A stretch of 64,000 bases of DNA from Flavobacteriales bacterium (GCA_016718655.1 JADKCV010000002.1:87803-151802), one strand, 5' to 3'. Shown: positions 40,023 through 50,479, counted from the first letter of the stretch. The notes: generated by a model from the letters alone, not told the origin. Made by a program: numbers and translations.

Positions 40023-41624
40023 TCAGGGTACTTTTCGGACCTTGATCTCAACACGCTCCGGTCGACCGCGGGCCACCGTCCAAGGCAGATCAGGGAAACG
40101 TACCGAATAGAACCGCAGCCAATGGCGGGTCGCTAATCGGTCCCAGGGTCCGATCGGCTGAACGAGCACGGTGTCCGTCATGAACTCGGGGCCTGTCATC
40201 GGATCCGGAACACTGAAATCCCAGGGTACTGCCACCAGGTCCTTTGCTGTGAAACCCCTGTGCTCCGAAGCCGCATCCTTGAAGCCGGCGGCTTCCGCAT
40301 ACCAACCCCACCCCATGCTGCCCGTATACCAGCGGGTATGTTCCGGATACATCAATGCGATCTCCCCAGGCGTTCTGCGATAGAACTCAGCGAGGCGCAC
40401 GTCCGAAATACCGAGACCGACCACCAATAGGGCAGTGGATGCGATCAGCACCACATCGATCGGCTTTGTAACATGACACAACGCATTACCGCCAAGAAGC
40501 AGGAGTACGGGTAAGGTCAAGAGCACATGACGTGTGGCCATCCATGGAGCGTAGGTGATGATGAGTAGAACCGGCGGAACAAGCATGAGGAGCAACAGTG
40601 CTTTCACTCGTGGAGCCATGGGACCCTTCCTCAACGCTTGCAACACGCCCAGTATTCCGACCAGACCATTACCAATGAACAGAAAACGAAGCACCGGTTC
40701 AATGGGCTCGAGCATACCCGAGTAAGCCAAGAACACGGCGATCATCGCCACCAAGTAGAGCACCAAAGCCACGGATACACCCAACAAGCGCAGGCGTGAC
40801 CCGGGTAAGAGCGTGAATATGGACCACGGCGCTATCGCACCGGTGACAAGCACCCAGGTCAGTGATCGCACAGGAACATCATCGATCGGCAAACCCGCTC
40901 CTGAACGTGCGACCAAGTGCATCGAACCGAACTCCCATACGTTCCAAGCCGACCAGCAGCCCAGGATCAGCACGAGGATGATGCACCCCCACCAAGCACG
41001 ACCACGGACCTGCCAGGCTGCAAATACCAGAGCGGGCAAGTATGCCAAGGCCGTGTACTTCATCAAACAGGCAGCACCCAATAGAAGTCCTGCGAACACC
41101 ACGGGGCGTTCACGTCGTTCCCTGATCGCACACATGACCGCATGAAGAAAGGTGACCTCAAGTGCCAATAGCGGCACATCCAGCATCACATTCTGGTTGA
41201 CGATGAAGGCCGGACCGGCCGCCAACAAACCGGTGAGCAACCATGCTCCACGGGGCACCACCATCAATGCGAGGCGATGGAACATGACAATGGCCAGCAC
41301 AGTGAACAACGCTTCATAGGCATGCATGGCGATCTCGCCCCATCCGAACACCCATGCCCAGGCAGCCATGCCATAGAAAAAGAGCGGCGGTTGATTGCCC
41401 TCATGGAAATACTGGACGCTGCCACTCCAATTGATGGACCCGCTCATCGGGTGAAAAGGATGCGTGGCGATCCATTGTGCGACCTTCATATGGAACGGGT
41501 CGTCGACATGAAAGGCCTTGGTGATATTGATGGCCGTGGCCAATACCACGAGGGCGATCAACCATACCCACGTACGTACGGAAAGGTTGCGCTCACTTGG
41601 TCCGCCGATGGTCACCGTATCCAA
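40023..41624 (-). CDS. GT-C fold membrane glycosyltransferase (ArnT/PMT-like, GT83/GT39 family)
   Basis: About 12 TM helices. N-terminal loop FHVDDPFH (DD/DE motif). Lys/Arg-rich loops typical of the ArnT family. Confidence 0.6.
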   Translation of the reverse strand: MDTVTIGGPSERNLSVRTWVWLIALVVLATAINITKAFHVDDPFHMKVAQWIATHPFHPMSGSINWSGSVQYFHEGNQPPLFFYGMAAWAWVFGWGEIAMHAYEALFTVLAIVMFHRLALMVVPRGAWLLTGLLAAGPAFIVNQNVMLDVPLLALEVTFLHAVMCAIRERRERPVVFAGLLLGAACLMKYTALAYLPALVFAAWQVRGRAWWGCIILVLILGCWSAWNVWEFGSMHLVARSGAGLPIDDVPVRSLTWVLVTGAIAPWSIFTLLPGSRLRLLGVSVALVLYLVAMIAVFLAYSGMLEPIEPVLRFLFIGNGLVGILGVLQALRKGPMAPRVKALLLLMLVPPVLLIITYAPWMATRHVLLTLPVLLLLGGNALCHVTKPIDVVLIASTALLVVGLGISDVRLAEFYRRTPGEIALMYPEHTRWYTGSMGWGWYAEAAGFKDAASEHRGFTAKDLVAVPWDFSVPDPMTGPEFMTDTVLVQPIGPWDRLATRHWLRFYSVRFPDLPWTVARGRPERVEIKVRKVP

Positions 41625-41770
41625 TGTTCGGGTTCGAACTTAAGACGAACCTCAACGAACACGATCAGTTCCGCGACCCAAGACCCGGTCAGGACCATTT
41701 TGACAAGAGGTCGCTCGGTAGTGGTCGTTCGATACGACCGCTCCGATGAAAGATCCTGAAGGAGTCATCT

Positions 41771-43354
41771 TTGTGGTTGATGAACTCCGTCGATCCAAGC
41801 ATATCCAATACCCTGTGGATGATCATCATCTCGGGTCTATTGCTAGCCGGTATCCGCGCCGAATACAGGACGAAGCATCGACTCGCGTTAGGACTACTGA
41901 CCTGTGCTGCATTGATGATGCGGCTCCTGGCCACCACGATGGACCCCTTCCTGAACTACTGGGATGAGGTGTTCCATGCCACGGTCGCGCGCAACCTGAT
42001 CGACCATCCGTTCACTCCGATGCTCTACACCGAACCGGCCATGCCCGTGACCGAGAACTGGAGCCGTATGCACATCTGGTTGCACAAGCCCCCCTTCTTC
42101 CTCTGGCAGATCGCCCTGTCCCTTTGGACATTCGGTCCAGAACCTTGGGCCGTACGCATACCGAGCGCGTTGTGGACCACGGCGTTGGTACCAGTGACCT
42201 ACCGCCTTGCACGTCTACTCACACACGAGCTGCCTTCCGCCACCTCCCGAGCCGTAGCCTTCGGTGCGGCACTGTTCACGGCATTCAATTCCTACCTTCA
42301 AGAACTCGTGGCCGGTGCGATCAGCACCGACCATAACGACGCCATCTTCTTCTCCCTGGTGGCGGTGAGCTGGTGGGCGTACTGGGAGCATCGTTCCAAG
42401 CACTCGTTCCATTGGGCATTGCTCGCAGGTCTTGCGAGTGCTGCGGCCGTCCTTTGCAAGTGGTACTTCGGTCTCATCGTATTCCTCCCCTGGACCTTGG
42501 AGGTCGTGATGGACCGATCGCGGAGCGCGATCAAGGCCTATCTCGGTGCGGTGGCCATGGTTCTGATCCTCGCTGGTTCATGGCTGCTTTACATCCATCT
42601 CCGATTCCCAGCGGAAACGGCCTATGAACGATGGTTCAAGGCCATGCACTTCCAAGTGGCTGTGGATGGTCATGAGGGTGGCCCGACGTATCATCTGACC
42701 GTGATCGGCACCTACCTGGCCCCACTCACTTGGTGGGTCGTCGCTATCGCTTTGTTGGTCATACTCGCCTTGGTTCGTGCACCGTCGGTCAGGCGCTTCC
42801 TGGTACTGACCATTGTCCCGACGCATGTGTTCTTCGCCTTGGCCGCAACGAAAATGGTCAGCTACACGCTCTTCCTCTTGCCCCTTTACCTCATCGCTAT
42901 CGCTGCAGGGATCACGTGGAGCCTCGCACGCGTTCGCCTCGCACGACCGATCTTGATCCTCCCAATGGTCGCCTGCACCGGCCTCGCCGTGCTCCTTTGG
43001 CAGCCTTGGACCACTTCGGCGCGCCATCCCCGGGTCGGCACGGTCGGCATTGACGCTCACCGTGCACAACAGTTCGCCGTTCTGGAACAAGAGCCACGCT
43101 TGGCGAACCTGATGCCGGTCGGAACCCCCACGGTCCTGTTCAACGTACCATTCGTATACGACGTACAGTTCATGTTTCGCAACGGGATCCAATGCATGCG
43201 AGGTATCCCCGATGGTGCGGTCATCGAAAGGCTGCGTGCCAAAGGATATCGCGTCTTCGTTCTTCAGGATGGCGTTGACCTTACCAATATCCCGGCAGGT
43301 GTGGAACTGATCACAGACAGCATGTTCAGTTATCCGCGTATCGCGCGTCTCTAA
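41771..43354 (+). CDS. GT-C fold membrane glycosyltransferase (ArnT/PMT-like), divergent from 40023..41624
   Basis: Multi-TM protein. N-terminal loop MDPFLNYWDEVFHA (DE motif) and C-terminal periplasmic domain. Confidence 0.6.
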   Translation: MWLMNSVDPSISNTLWMIIISGLLLAGIRAEYRTKHRLALGLLTCAALMMRLLATTMDPFLNYWDEVFHATVARNLIDHPFTPMLYTEPAMPVTENWSRMHIWLHKPPFFLWQIALSLWTFGPEPWAVRIPSALWTTALVPVTYRLARLLTHELPSATSRAVAFGAALFTAFNSYLQELVAGAISTDHNDAIFFSLVAVSWWAYWEHRSKHSFHWALLAGLASAAAVLCKWYFGLIVFLPWTLEVVMDRSRSAIKAYLGAVAMVLILAGSWLLYIHLRFPAETAYERWFKAMHFQVAVDGHEGGPTYHLTVIGTYLAPLTWWVVAIALLVILALVRAPSVRRFLVLTIVPTHVFFALAATKMVSYTLFLLPLYLIAIAAGITWSLARVRLARPILILPMVACTGLAVLLWQPWTTSARHPRVGTVGIDAHRAQQFAVLEQEPRLANLMPVGTPTVLFNVPFVYDVQFMFRNGIQCMRGIPDGAVIERLRAKGYRVFVLQDGVDLTNIPAGVELITDSMFSYPRIARL

Positions 43355-43492
43355 GTGCGCCCCATGACGGAACCAGTGGGACGAGGATGCCTGCCTTGGA
43401 GCGATCCAAGTCCCTTCCGATGAACAGCTGGATGGCTCCTGCGACATACCGAGGACGGAACCCTTCCCGAATGGACCGCGTACAAACCCCTT

Positions 43493-44050
43493 GTGCGCAA
43501 CCGACTTCCCCTGTTGCTGCTGGTGTCCGTTCTATGCTGGTGTCCGGAGGTCCGGTCCCAATCACGGCATGTCTTCGGCTTCAGCTTGAACCCCACTGCA
43601 CAAGGCGGGCTCTACGCTCTGTTCATCTATACCGTCGTTGATGGTCAGGTGGTGGGTAGCACCCCCATGCGGCTGCATCCCTTCATCCTACAAGCGTCGG
43701 GGTTGGAGGAGAGCAGGGCCAATCTGGAAGCACTGGACCTGTTCGCGGAATTCGAGATCAAGGATTGTGGCCCCATGGCAAGTACCCAAGGCCTGATGGC
43801 CAACTTCGACTGTTCGCCCTTGTTGGACCTGTGGAAGTTGCGCTATCAGGATGGCATGGGTATCCAGCCGGGCCTGGGGTGGGCCGCAGAACTTTATTGT
43901 TTCTCGGAGCGCCAACAGATCATCCTTCAACACTACCGCGAAGCCCATTACACGCATTGGCATGGGCCCTACTTCGGAACCGATGCCTTCCGCCTGCTGC
44001 GCGATATGCAGGACCCGGCCTGGGTGGACAGCTACAGACACGGTGGCTGA
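43493..44050 (+). CDS. hypothetical secreted protein (signal peptide)
   Basis: N-terminus MRNRLPLLLLVSVLCWCPEVRSQ. No domain recognised. Confidence 0.4.
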   Translation: MRNRLPLLLLVSVLCWCPEVRSQSRHVFGFSLNPTAQGGLYALFIYTVVDGQVVGSTPMRLHPFILQASGLEESRANLEALDLFAEFEIKDCGPMASTQGLMANFDCSPLLDLWKLRYQDGMGIQPGLGWAAELYCFSERQQIILQHYREAHYTHWHGPYFGTDAFRLLRDMQDPAWVDSYRHGG

Positions 44051-44156
44051 TGGGTGCTTCGTGCTTTCGTCCTACATTCGCACCGGACGATGCCTGTTCA
44101 CCCGGCTTGGAACGGTCCTTTGGATCGCCACCCGCGTCCCCCAGCCCTTCGATGCA

Positions 44157-44831
44157 ATGAGCCTTCCCGGTCTCGAGTACAATACGCAGCGCAGCCAACT
44201 GCCCATTCCTGAATACGGTCGGAACGTGCAGCGCATGGTGGACCATTGTATGGAGATGGAGGACCGTGAACAGCGCACGCGTGCCGCCAAGGCCATCATC
44301 CAGGTCATCGGTAGGCTGAACCCGCAATTGCGCAACAGCGATAATTTCGAGCGCACCCTGTGGGACCACCTCTGGATCATGAGCAACATGAAGCTGGATG
44401 TGGATGCGCCCTACCCCATGCCCACCGCAGCCGAGCTGGAGAGCAAGCCCGAACGGGTACCCTACCCGCAGACCACGATCAAGTATGGCCACTATGGCAA
44501 GATGGTACAGCGCATGATCGACCAATGCGCCACGATGGCTGATGGCGAACAGAGGGAGGCCTATACCGCGGTCATTGCCAACCACATGAAGAAGCAGTTC
44601 CTCACTTGGAACCGCGACACGGTGCCCGACCCGGTGATCCTGAAGGACCTGGCGGACCTGAGCAAGGGTAAGCTCCGGATGAAGCCGGACGCCCAGTTGG
44701 CCTCCACGGCCGATCTCCTGCGGGCCCAACAGAACGGCCCACGCAACGAAGTGGACCTACGCCGCCGTCCCAACAATGGGGGTGGTGGTGGCGGCAAGAA
44801 GCGCAATCGTAACCGCAAGAAGCGTTACTGA
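44157..44831 (+). CDS. DUF4290-family protein with Gly/Lys/Arg-rich C-terminal tail
   Basis: MSLPGLEYNTQRSQLPIPEYGRNVQRMVDHCMEMEDREQRTRAAKAIIQVIGRLNPQLR. This matches my recollection of the Bacteroidota DUF4290 family found upstream of murA. I cannot verify it against Pfam here. Confidence 0.6.
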   Translation: MSLPGLEYNTQRSQLPIPEYGRNVQRMVDHCMEMEDREQRTRAAKAIIQVIGRLNPQLRNSDNFERTLWDHLWIMSNMKLDVDAPYPMPTAAELESKPERVPYPQTTIKYGHYGKMVQRMIDQCATMADGEQREAYTAVIANHMKKQFLTWNRDTVPDPVILKDLADLSKGKLRMKPDAQLASTADLLRAQQNGPRNEVDLRRRPNNGGGGGGKKRNRNRKKRY

Positions 44832-44951
44832 CCGGCGCCGCGCCCGTTCACAGGCGACCGTGCATAGTCCGCTGCGCGACACGCGTTCATACTCCCCCGC
44901 ACTTCGTTGCTTTGGAAGGTCCGACCAAGCGTTCCGGACCAACGAACAAGC

Positions 44952-46259
44952 ATGGGAAGTTTCCGCATTGAAGGAGGTCGTCGCCTGAAAGGCACCCTCA
45001 CCCCGCAGGGCGCCAAGAACGAGGCCTTGCAGATCCTATGTGCCGTGCTGCTCACCAGCGAACCGGTGGTGATCCGCAATGTGCCGGACATCGTGGATGT
45101 GAACAAGCTCATCGACCTGCTCCGGCACATGGGCGTGGCCGTGGAACGGCTCAATGACAACGATTACCGGTTCGAGGCCAAGGACATCGACATCGAGTTC
45201 TTCCTACGTCCCGAGTTCAAACAGATGGGTGGCGGCTTGCGCGGAAGCGTGATGATCGTAGGCCCACTGTTGGCGCGTTTCGGTCGCGGATACATCCCCA
45301 CCCCGGGCGGCGACAAGATCGGACGGCGTCGCCTGGACACCCACTTCATCGGTTTCCAACACCTGGGTGCCGAGTTCAACTACGATAGCAAGGAGGGATT
45401 CTACCGTGTGGAGGCGCCCAAGCTCAAAGGCGCCTACATGTTGCTCGATGAACCCAGCGTGACCGGCACGGCCAACATCGTGATGGCCGCCGTGATGGCC
45501 GAAGGGCGCACCACCATCTACAACGCGGCCTGCGAACCCTACCTCCAGCAGCTCTGCCACATGCTCAATCGCATGGGCGCCAAGATCACCGGCATCGGCA
45601 GTAATCTGCTCCTCATCGACGGGGTCCAGGAGCTCGGAGGTACGGAGCACCGCATGCTGCCGGACATGATCGAGATCGGCAGTTTCATCGGGCTGGCCGC
45701 TATGACGCGGAGCGAGATCCTGATCAAGGACACCGGCTACGACCACCTCGGCTGCATACCCGATGTCTTCCGCCGCTTGGGTATCACGGTGATCCGACAG
45801 GGCGACGATATCCTGGTGCCAGCCCACGATCACTACAAGATCAAGACCTTCATCGATGGTAGCATCATGACCATCAGCGATCATCCATGGCCGGGTCTCA
45901 CTCCCGACCTGCTGAGCATCGTATTGGTGGTGGCCACCCAGGCCAAAGGCAGCGTGCTCATCCACCAGAAGATGTTCGAGAGCCGCCTGTTCTTCACGGA
46001 CAAATTGATCGACATGGGCGCGCAGATCATCCTGTGCGACCCGCACCGGGTGGTGGTGAACGGCCACGATTTCCAGCAACCACTTCGGGCGATCCGCATG
46101 ACGAGCCCGGATATCCGTGCGGGGGTTGCACTACTGATCGCAGCGCTCAGTGCGGAGGGAACGAGCACCATCGAGAACATCGAACAGATCCAGCGCGGAT
46201 ACCAGCACATCGACACCCGCTTGAACGCCTTGGGGGCCCGGATCGAGAAGATCGCCTGA
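44952..46259 (+). CDS. murA: UDP-N-acetylglucosamine 1-carboxyvinyltransferase
   Basis: MGSFRIEGGRRLKGTLTPQGAKNEALQILCAVLL... is the conserved MurA family. Confidence 0.9.
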   Translation: MGSFRIEGGRRLKGTLTPQGAKNEALQILCAVLLTSEPVVIRNVPDIVDVNKLIDLLRHMGVAVERLNDNDYRFEAKDIDIEFFLRPEFKQMGGGLRGSVMIVGPLLARFGRGYIPTPGGDKIGRRRLDTHFIGFQHLGAEFNYDSKEGFYRVEAPKLKGAYMLLDEPSVTGTANIVMAAVMAEGRTTIYNAACEPYLQQLCHMLNRMGAKITGIGSNLLLIDGVQELGGTEHRMLPDMIEIGSFIGLAAMTRSEILIKDTGYDHLGCIPDVFRRLGITVIRQGDDILVPAHDHYKIKTFIDGSIMTISDHPWPGLTPDLLSIVLVVATQAKGSVLIHQKMFESRLFFTDKLIDMGAQIILCDPHRVVVNGHDFQQPLRAIRMTSPDIRAGVALLIAALSAEGTSTIENIEQIQRGYQHIDTRLNALGARIEKIA

Positions 46260-46323
46260 CGGGATCACGAGCGCGGCACGCATTTGGCAAGAGCCCTCCA
46301 CACCTTCACCCTACTTTTGCACC

Positions 46324-46914
46324 ATGACCCTCCGCACCCTCATGTCCAAAATGCGCATCCTGACCGTGGCCGCTGTCGCTCTGCTCGCCATCTACGGCTT
46401 CACCTCCCGCTTGGAAAGATCGGCAGCGGATGTCACCGTCGCTGAAGGCGACACGAAGGTGGGCACGGGCATCGGCGACAAGGCACCCGAACTGGCCTTC
46501 ATGAATGCCGATAGCTCCAAGGTGTTGAAACTATCCGAATTGCGTGGCAAATTCGTGCTCATCGACTTCTGGGCCAGTTGGTGCGGTCCTTGCCGCAAGG
46601 AGAACCCCAATGTGGTGGCCGCATATGACAAATACAGCCAAGCCAAATTCAAGAGCGGCAAAGGGTTCGAGGTGTACAGCGTAAGCTTGGACAAGAGCCG
46701 CGATGCCTGGCAGAAGGCCATTGCTCAGGATGGTCTGAAGTGGAAATGGCACGTGAGCGACCTCGCATTCTGGAATTCCAAAGGGGCGCAGTTGTATGGT
46801 GTCAATAGCATTCCCATGAGCTTCTTGATCAACCCCGAAGGTGTCATCATCGCCAAGAACCTGCGGGGTATGGCCCTGCACCAGGAGCTGGACAAGCACG
46901 TGAAGAGCCTTTGA
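46324..46914 (+). CDS. TlpA/ResA-like thiol-disulfide oxidoreductase (thioredoxin fold), membrane-anchored
   Basis: WCGPC active site within FVLIDFWASWCGPCRKENP. N-terminal signal/anchor. Confidence 0.8.
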   Translation: MTLRTLMSKMRILTVAAVALLAIYGFTSRLERSAADVTVAEGDTKVGTGIGDKAPELAFMNADSSKVLKLSELRGKFVLIDFWASWCGPCRKENPNVVAAYDKYSQAKFKSGKGFEVYSVSLDKSRDAWQKAIAQDGLKWKWHVSDLAFWNSKGAQLYGVNSIPMSFLINPEGVIIAKNLRGMALHQELDKHVKSL

Positions 46915-46935
46915 CCTTCGCAAGTCTACCGGAAG

Positions 46936-46965
46936 AGCCCTCGGAAACCCCGAGGGCTCTTTGCA
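46936..46965 (+). terminator. rho-independent terminator (GAGCCCTCGG-AAAC-CCCGAGGGCTC + TTTG)
   Basis: Perfect 10-bp stem right after the tlpA-like gene. Confidence 0.6.
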
Positions 46966-47103
46966 TTTCAGGGGATGGTGGACAAGGTGTTGAAAAATGG
47001 CGCTTGGCTTCACGGTGTGAAATGGATCCTCGATCGGTCCGTCGGCTACTTTCACCGTGACGATCACCCCGGCATTGCCGGAACCACCAACACCAACCAA
47101 CCC

Positions 47104-49686
47104 ATGACCGAACGTTCACGCTTTTGGAAGATGCTCCGCTGGGGCTCATTGATGCTTACGCTGCCCGGCGCCCTCGTGGCCCAAGGCCAGCGCAACTGCG
47201 GATCGATGGAATACCTGCAGCAGCAAGTGATGGCCGACCCCACCCGTGGCACGCGACTCGACCAGATCGACTCGCATACCGCCCTGTTCGAACACCTCCA
47301 TGGTGATGAGGAACGCGCCGTGGTGACCATCCCGGTCGTGTTCCATGTGATCTATAACTCGACCGCCCAGAACATCAGCGATGCCAAACTGCTGGCACAA
47401 CTCCAGCAGTTGAACGATGACTTCGCCCGCTTGAACAGCGATGCCGGTCAAACCCCAAGTGTATTCACGGGCCTGGCTGCGAACACCGAAGTGCAGTTCT
47501 GTCTGGCCCAGCGCGACCCCAGCGGCAATGCCACCACGGGTATCGTTCGTCGCCAGACCACCGTGGCCAGCTTCAGCAGCAACGATGCGGTGAAGTTCAC
47601 GGCCCAGGGAGGAAGTGATGCCTGGCCACGTGACAGTTACCTGAACATCTGGGTGGCCAACCTGAGCGGCGGTCTGCTCGGATACGCCCAGTTCCCCGGT
47701 GGTGCAGCTGCCACGGACGGGGTCGTCGTCCTTTCCAGTTCCGTGGGAAGCATCGCCTCTCCGGGAACGGGTTCGCCGTTCAATCTGGGCCGCACCGCCA
47801 CCCACGAAGTGGGCCACTGGCTCAACCTGCGCCACATCTGGGGCGATGCCAACTGCGGAAGCGACCTGGTCAGCGACACGCCGACACACAACACCTCCAA
47901 CGGTGGCTGCCCCAGTTATCCTCATCTCAGCACCTGCTCCGGCACACCGGTGGAGATGACCATGAACTACATGGACTACACCGATGACAACTGCATGAAC
48001 ATCTTCACCCTCGGGCAAAAGACCCGCATGCAAGCCCTGTTCGGAACGGGGGGCTCTCGCGTGGCGCTGTTGAACAGCTTGGGATGCACCCCACCCAGCG
48101 GTGGAGGAACCTGCACTGCCCCCCTGGGTACCGCGGCCGGCTCCATCACCACCAGTGGCGCCACCATCAGTTGGGCAACCGCAAGCGGCGCCCTGAGCTA
48201 CGATGTGCAGTACAAGTTGGCCAGCGCAAGCACTTGGACGACCGTGAACACCACTGCGACCAGCACTGCGATCAGTGGACTGTCCGCCAATACCGCTTAC
48301 AACGCACAGGTGCGCACCAATTGCAGCGGAGCCTCTTCTGCTTACGCTGCGGCGATCACCTTCACCACACAGGCAGTGGGAGGCTGTCCGGATGTGCTGG
48401 AACCCAACAACAGCACGAGCGCTCCGGGTGATGTGACCCTTCCGATCAACTTGAACGCATTGATCGCGAGCGGTACGGATGCGGACTACTACCGTTTCAC
48501 GTTGGGAACCACCAGTAACCTGAGCATCGGATTGAGCAACCTGGCCGGTGACTACGACCTGCGCCTGCTGAATAGTACCGGCACCCAGTTGGCCATCAGC
48601 GAGAACGGAAGCACCACGGCGGAGAACATCTTTTATGCCAACGCCGCTGCAGGCACGTACTTGATCCACGTGTTCGGCTACAACGGTGCCTTCAGTGCTA
48701 CCCAGTGCTACGCGCTCACCGCCTCGGCTGCAACGGTTGCCACTTGCGGCGTGCCCACTGGCCTCGCGGCATCGGCGATCACCACCAGCGGTTCCACCCT
48801 CAGCTGGGGCGCTGTGAGCGGTGCCACCACCTACAACTTTCAGTACAAGCTGGCCACCGCCACCACGTGGACCACCGTGAGCGGGACCGCAACGAGCCAA
48901 GTGCTCAGTGGCCTGGCTGCCGGTAGTGCATACAACGCACAAGTGCAGGCCGTTTGTGCCAGTGGCAGCTCGGCGTACAGCGGCGCCATCACCTTCACCA
49001 CCACCTCGACCGGCGGAGGATGCACCGATACCTGGGAGAGCAACAACACAAGCGGAACTGCCAAGCTCATTGCGGTCAACACCAACATCCAAGGAACTAT
49101 CGGCACGAGCACGGACAGTGATTGGTACCGCTTCAGCAATACCACCTCGGCACGGCGCATCCGCATCGACCTCACCAACCTTCCTGCCGACTATGATGTA
49201 CGACTCTACCGAGGTACCAGCACGCAGGTAGGCATCGGCCAGAACGGGGGTACGACCAGTGAGGCCATCATCCTGAACACGACCACCGTCGCCACCTATT
49301 ACATCCGTGTCTACGGCTACAATGGCGCGTTCAATGCCAGCAGTTGCTACACCTTGCGTGCAAGCATCAGCGGAACCAACTTCCGTGAGGATGGCAGTGC
49401 CGTGGAGGAGGAGATCACATTGGAACCTGCCACAGGGCTCATGAACCTCTACCCCAATCCCGCCAACGACAAGGTGATGCTCGACTACCTGGCCACACAA
49501 GCCGGGCAGGTGGAAGTGACCGTTTTCGATGGTATGGGCCGTGCTGTGCTACGCACCCAACTTGCCGTGAGCCCGGGCGCCACGACTTTAGGACTACCGC
49601 TCGCAGGCCTTTCCAAAGGCGTGTACGTGTTGAACCTGGTCGACGGTGACCAACAGTACCAACAGCGCTTCGTTATCGAACCCTGA
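47104..49686 (+). CDS. secreted M43-family (cytophagalysin/pappalysin-like) zinc metalloprotease with 2x FN3 + 2x PPC modules and T9SS C-terminal domain
   Basis: Signal peptide MTERSRFWKMLRWGSLMLTLPGALVAQG. Metzincin motif HEVGHWLNLRHIWGD. Duplicated FN3 (ITTSGATISW...AYNAQV...ITFTT) and pre-peptidase-C-terminal-like (DADYYRF.../DSDWYRF...YGYNGAF) modules. CTD ...KGVYVLNLVDGDQQYQQRFVIEP. Confidence 0.8.
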   Translation: MTERSRFWKMLRWGSLMLTLPGALVAQGQRNCGSMEYLQQQVMADPTRGTRLDQIDSHTALFEHLHGDEERAVVTIPVVFHVIYNSTAQNISDAKLLAQLQQLNDDFARLNSDAGQTPSVFTGLAANTEVQFCLAQRDPSGNATTGIVRRQTTVASFSSNDAVKFTAQGGSDAWPRDSYLNIWVANLSGGLLGYAQFPGGAAATDGVVVLSSSVGSIASPGTGSPFNLGRTATHEVGHWLNLRHIWGDANCGSDLVSDTPTHNTSNGGCPSYPHLSTCSGTPVEMTMNYMDYTDDNCMNIFTLGQKTRMQALFGTGGSRVALLNSLGCTPPSGGGTCTAPLGTAAGSITTSGATISWATASGALSYDVQYKLASASTWTTVNTTATSTAISGLSANTAYNAQVRTNCSGASSAYAAAITFTTQAVGGCPDVLEPNNSTSAPGDVTLPINLNALIASGTDADYYRFTLGTTSNLSIGLSNLAGDYDLRLLNSTGTQLAISENGSTTAENIFYANAAAGTYLIHVFGYNGAFSATQCYALTASAATVATCGVPTGLAASAITTSGSTLSWGAVSGATTYNFQYKLATATTWTTVSGTATSQVLSGLAAGSAYNAQVQAVCASGSSAYSGAITFTTTSTGGGCTDTWESNNTSGTAKLIAVNTNIQGTIGTSTDSDWYRFSNTTSARRIRIDLTNLPADYDVRLYRGTSTQVGIGQNGGTTSEAIILNTTTVATYYIRVYGYNGAFNASSCYTLRASISGTNFREDGSAVEEEITLEPATGLMNLYPNPANDKVMLDYLATQAGQVEVTVFDGMGRAVLRTQLAVSPGATTLGLPLAGLSKGVYVLNLVDGDQQYQQRFVIEP

Positions 49687-49713
49687 CCCACTGCACCGCA
49701 TCGAAAAAAGCCC

Positions 49714-49745
49714 TCGGAGCCCGAGGGCTTTTTTCATGTCCATCA
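49714..49745. terminator. bidirectional rho-independent terminator (AAAAAAGCCCTCGG-AGC-CCGAGGGCTTTTTT)
   Basis: Perfect hairpin flanked by A6 / T6. Confidence 0.75.
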
Positions 49746-49855
49746 TCGGCCATCCACTGCCAAAAAGTCCCCGACCTTCGCGCCGCCGTCCGAGGAAATG
49801 GCTTGGCACCCTACTTGACCTATACCCCATGTTCTTCAAAAAGCGACCAAAGACC

Positions 49856-50479
49856 ATGTCCGAGCGACCCAACGTCAGTACGGAGACAGCCGCCGCTGAC
49901 AAAGCGACCGAAAATGCCACTTCAGCCAGTGACGCGAACCCATTGGCAGCTGCAAGTGAGGCTGCCGCTGAGCATGTGATGCACGATGCCGAGTCCGATG
50001 GCCGGGAGGATGTGAGCGACCTGGACGCTCAATTGATGGCTGCCAAAGCGGAAGTTGCCGAATTGCATGACCGCTGGCTTCGCTTGAATGCCGACTTCGA
50101 CAATTTCCGCAAACGCACTGCCAAGGAGAAGTTGGAATTGCTCCATTTCGCTGGGGAGAACAGCTTGAAGAACTTCATCCCCGTGGTGGACGATATGGAG
50201 CGCGCGATCGTCAATAACGCCAACACCGATGACCTTGCCGTGGTGAAGGAGGGCTTCCACCTGATCCATACCAAGTTGATGCATATCCTGGGCAGCCAAG
50301 GTGTGAAACCCATGGAACATGCAATGGGCAAGGCCTTCGACACGGACCGCCACGAAGCGATCACCAAAGCCCCTGCGCCAAGCCCGGACCTGAAAGGAAA
50401 GGTGATCGACGTGATCGAGAACGGCTACACCCTGCACGACAAGGTCATCCGCTACGCCAAGGTGGTGGTGGGCGAATAA
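49856..50479 (+). CDS. grpE: nucleotide exchange factor GrpE
   Basis: RLNADFDNFRKRTAKEKLE...GYTLHDKVIRYAKVVVGE. Start could also be 49829. Confidence 0.9.
   Translation: MSERPNVSTETAAADKATENATSASDANPLAAASEAAAEHVMHDAESDGREDVSDLDAQLMAAKAEVAELHDRWLRLNADFDNFRKRTAKEKLELLHFAGENSLKNFIPVVDDMERAIVNNANTDDLAVVKEGFHLIHTKLMHILGSQGVKPMEHAMGKAFDTDRHEAITKAPAPSPDLKGKVIDVIENGYTLHDKVIRYAKVVVGE

Noticed and set aside
47146-49500. 784-aa minus-strand ORF
   Set aside because: Antisense to the M43 protease gene, which has HExxH and FN3/PPC/T9SS domains. Arg/Gly-rich shadow ORF.
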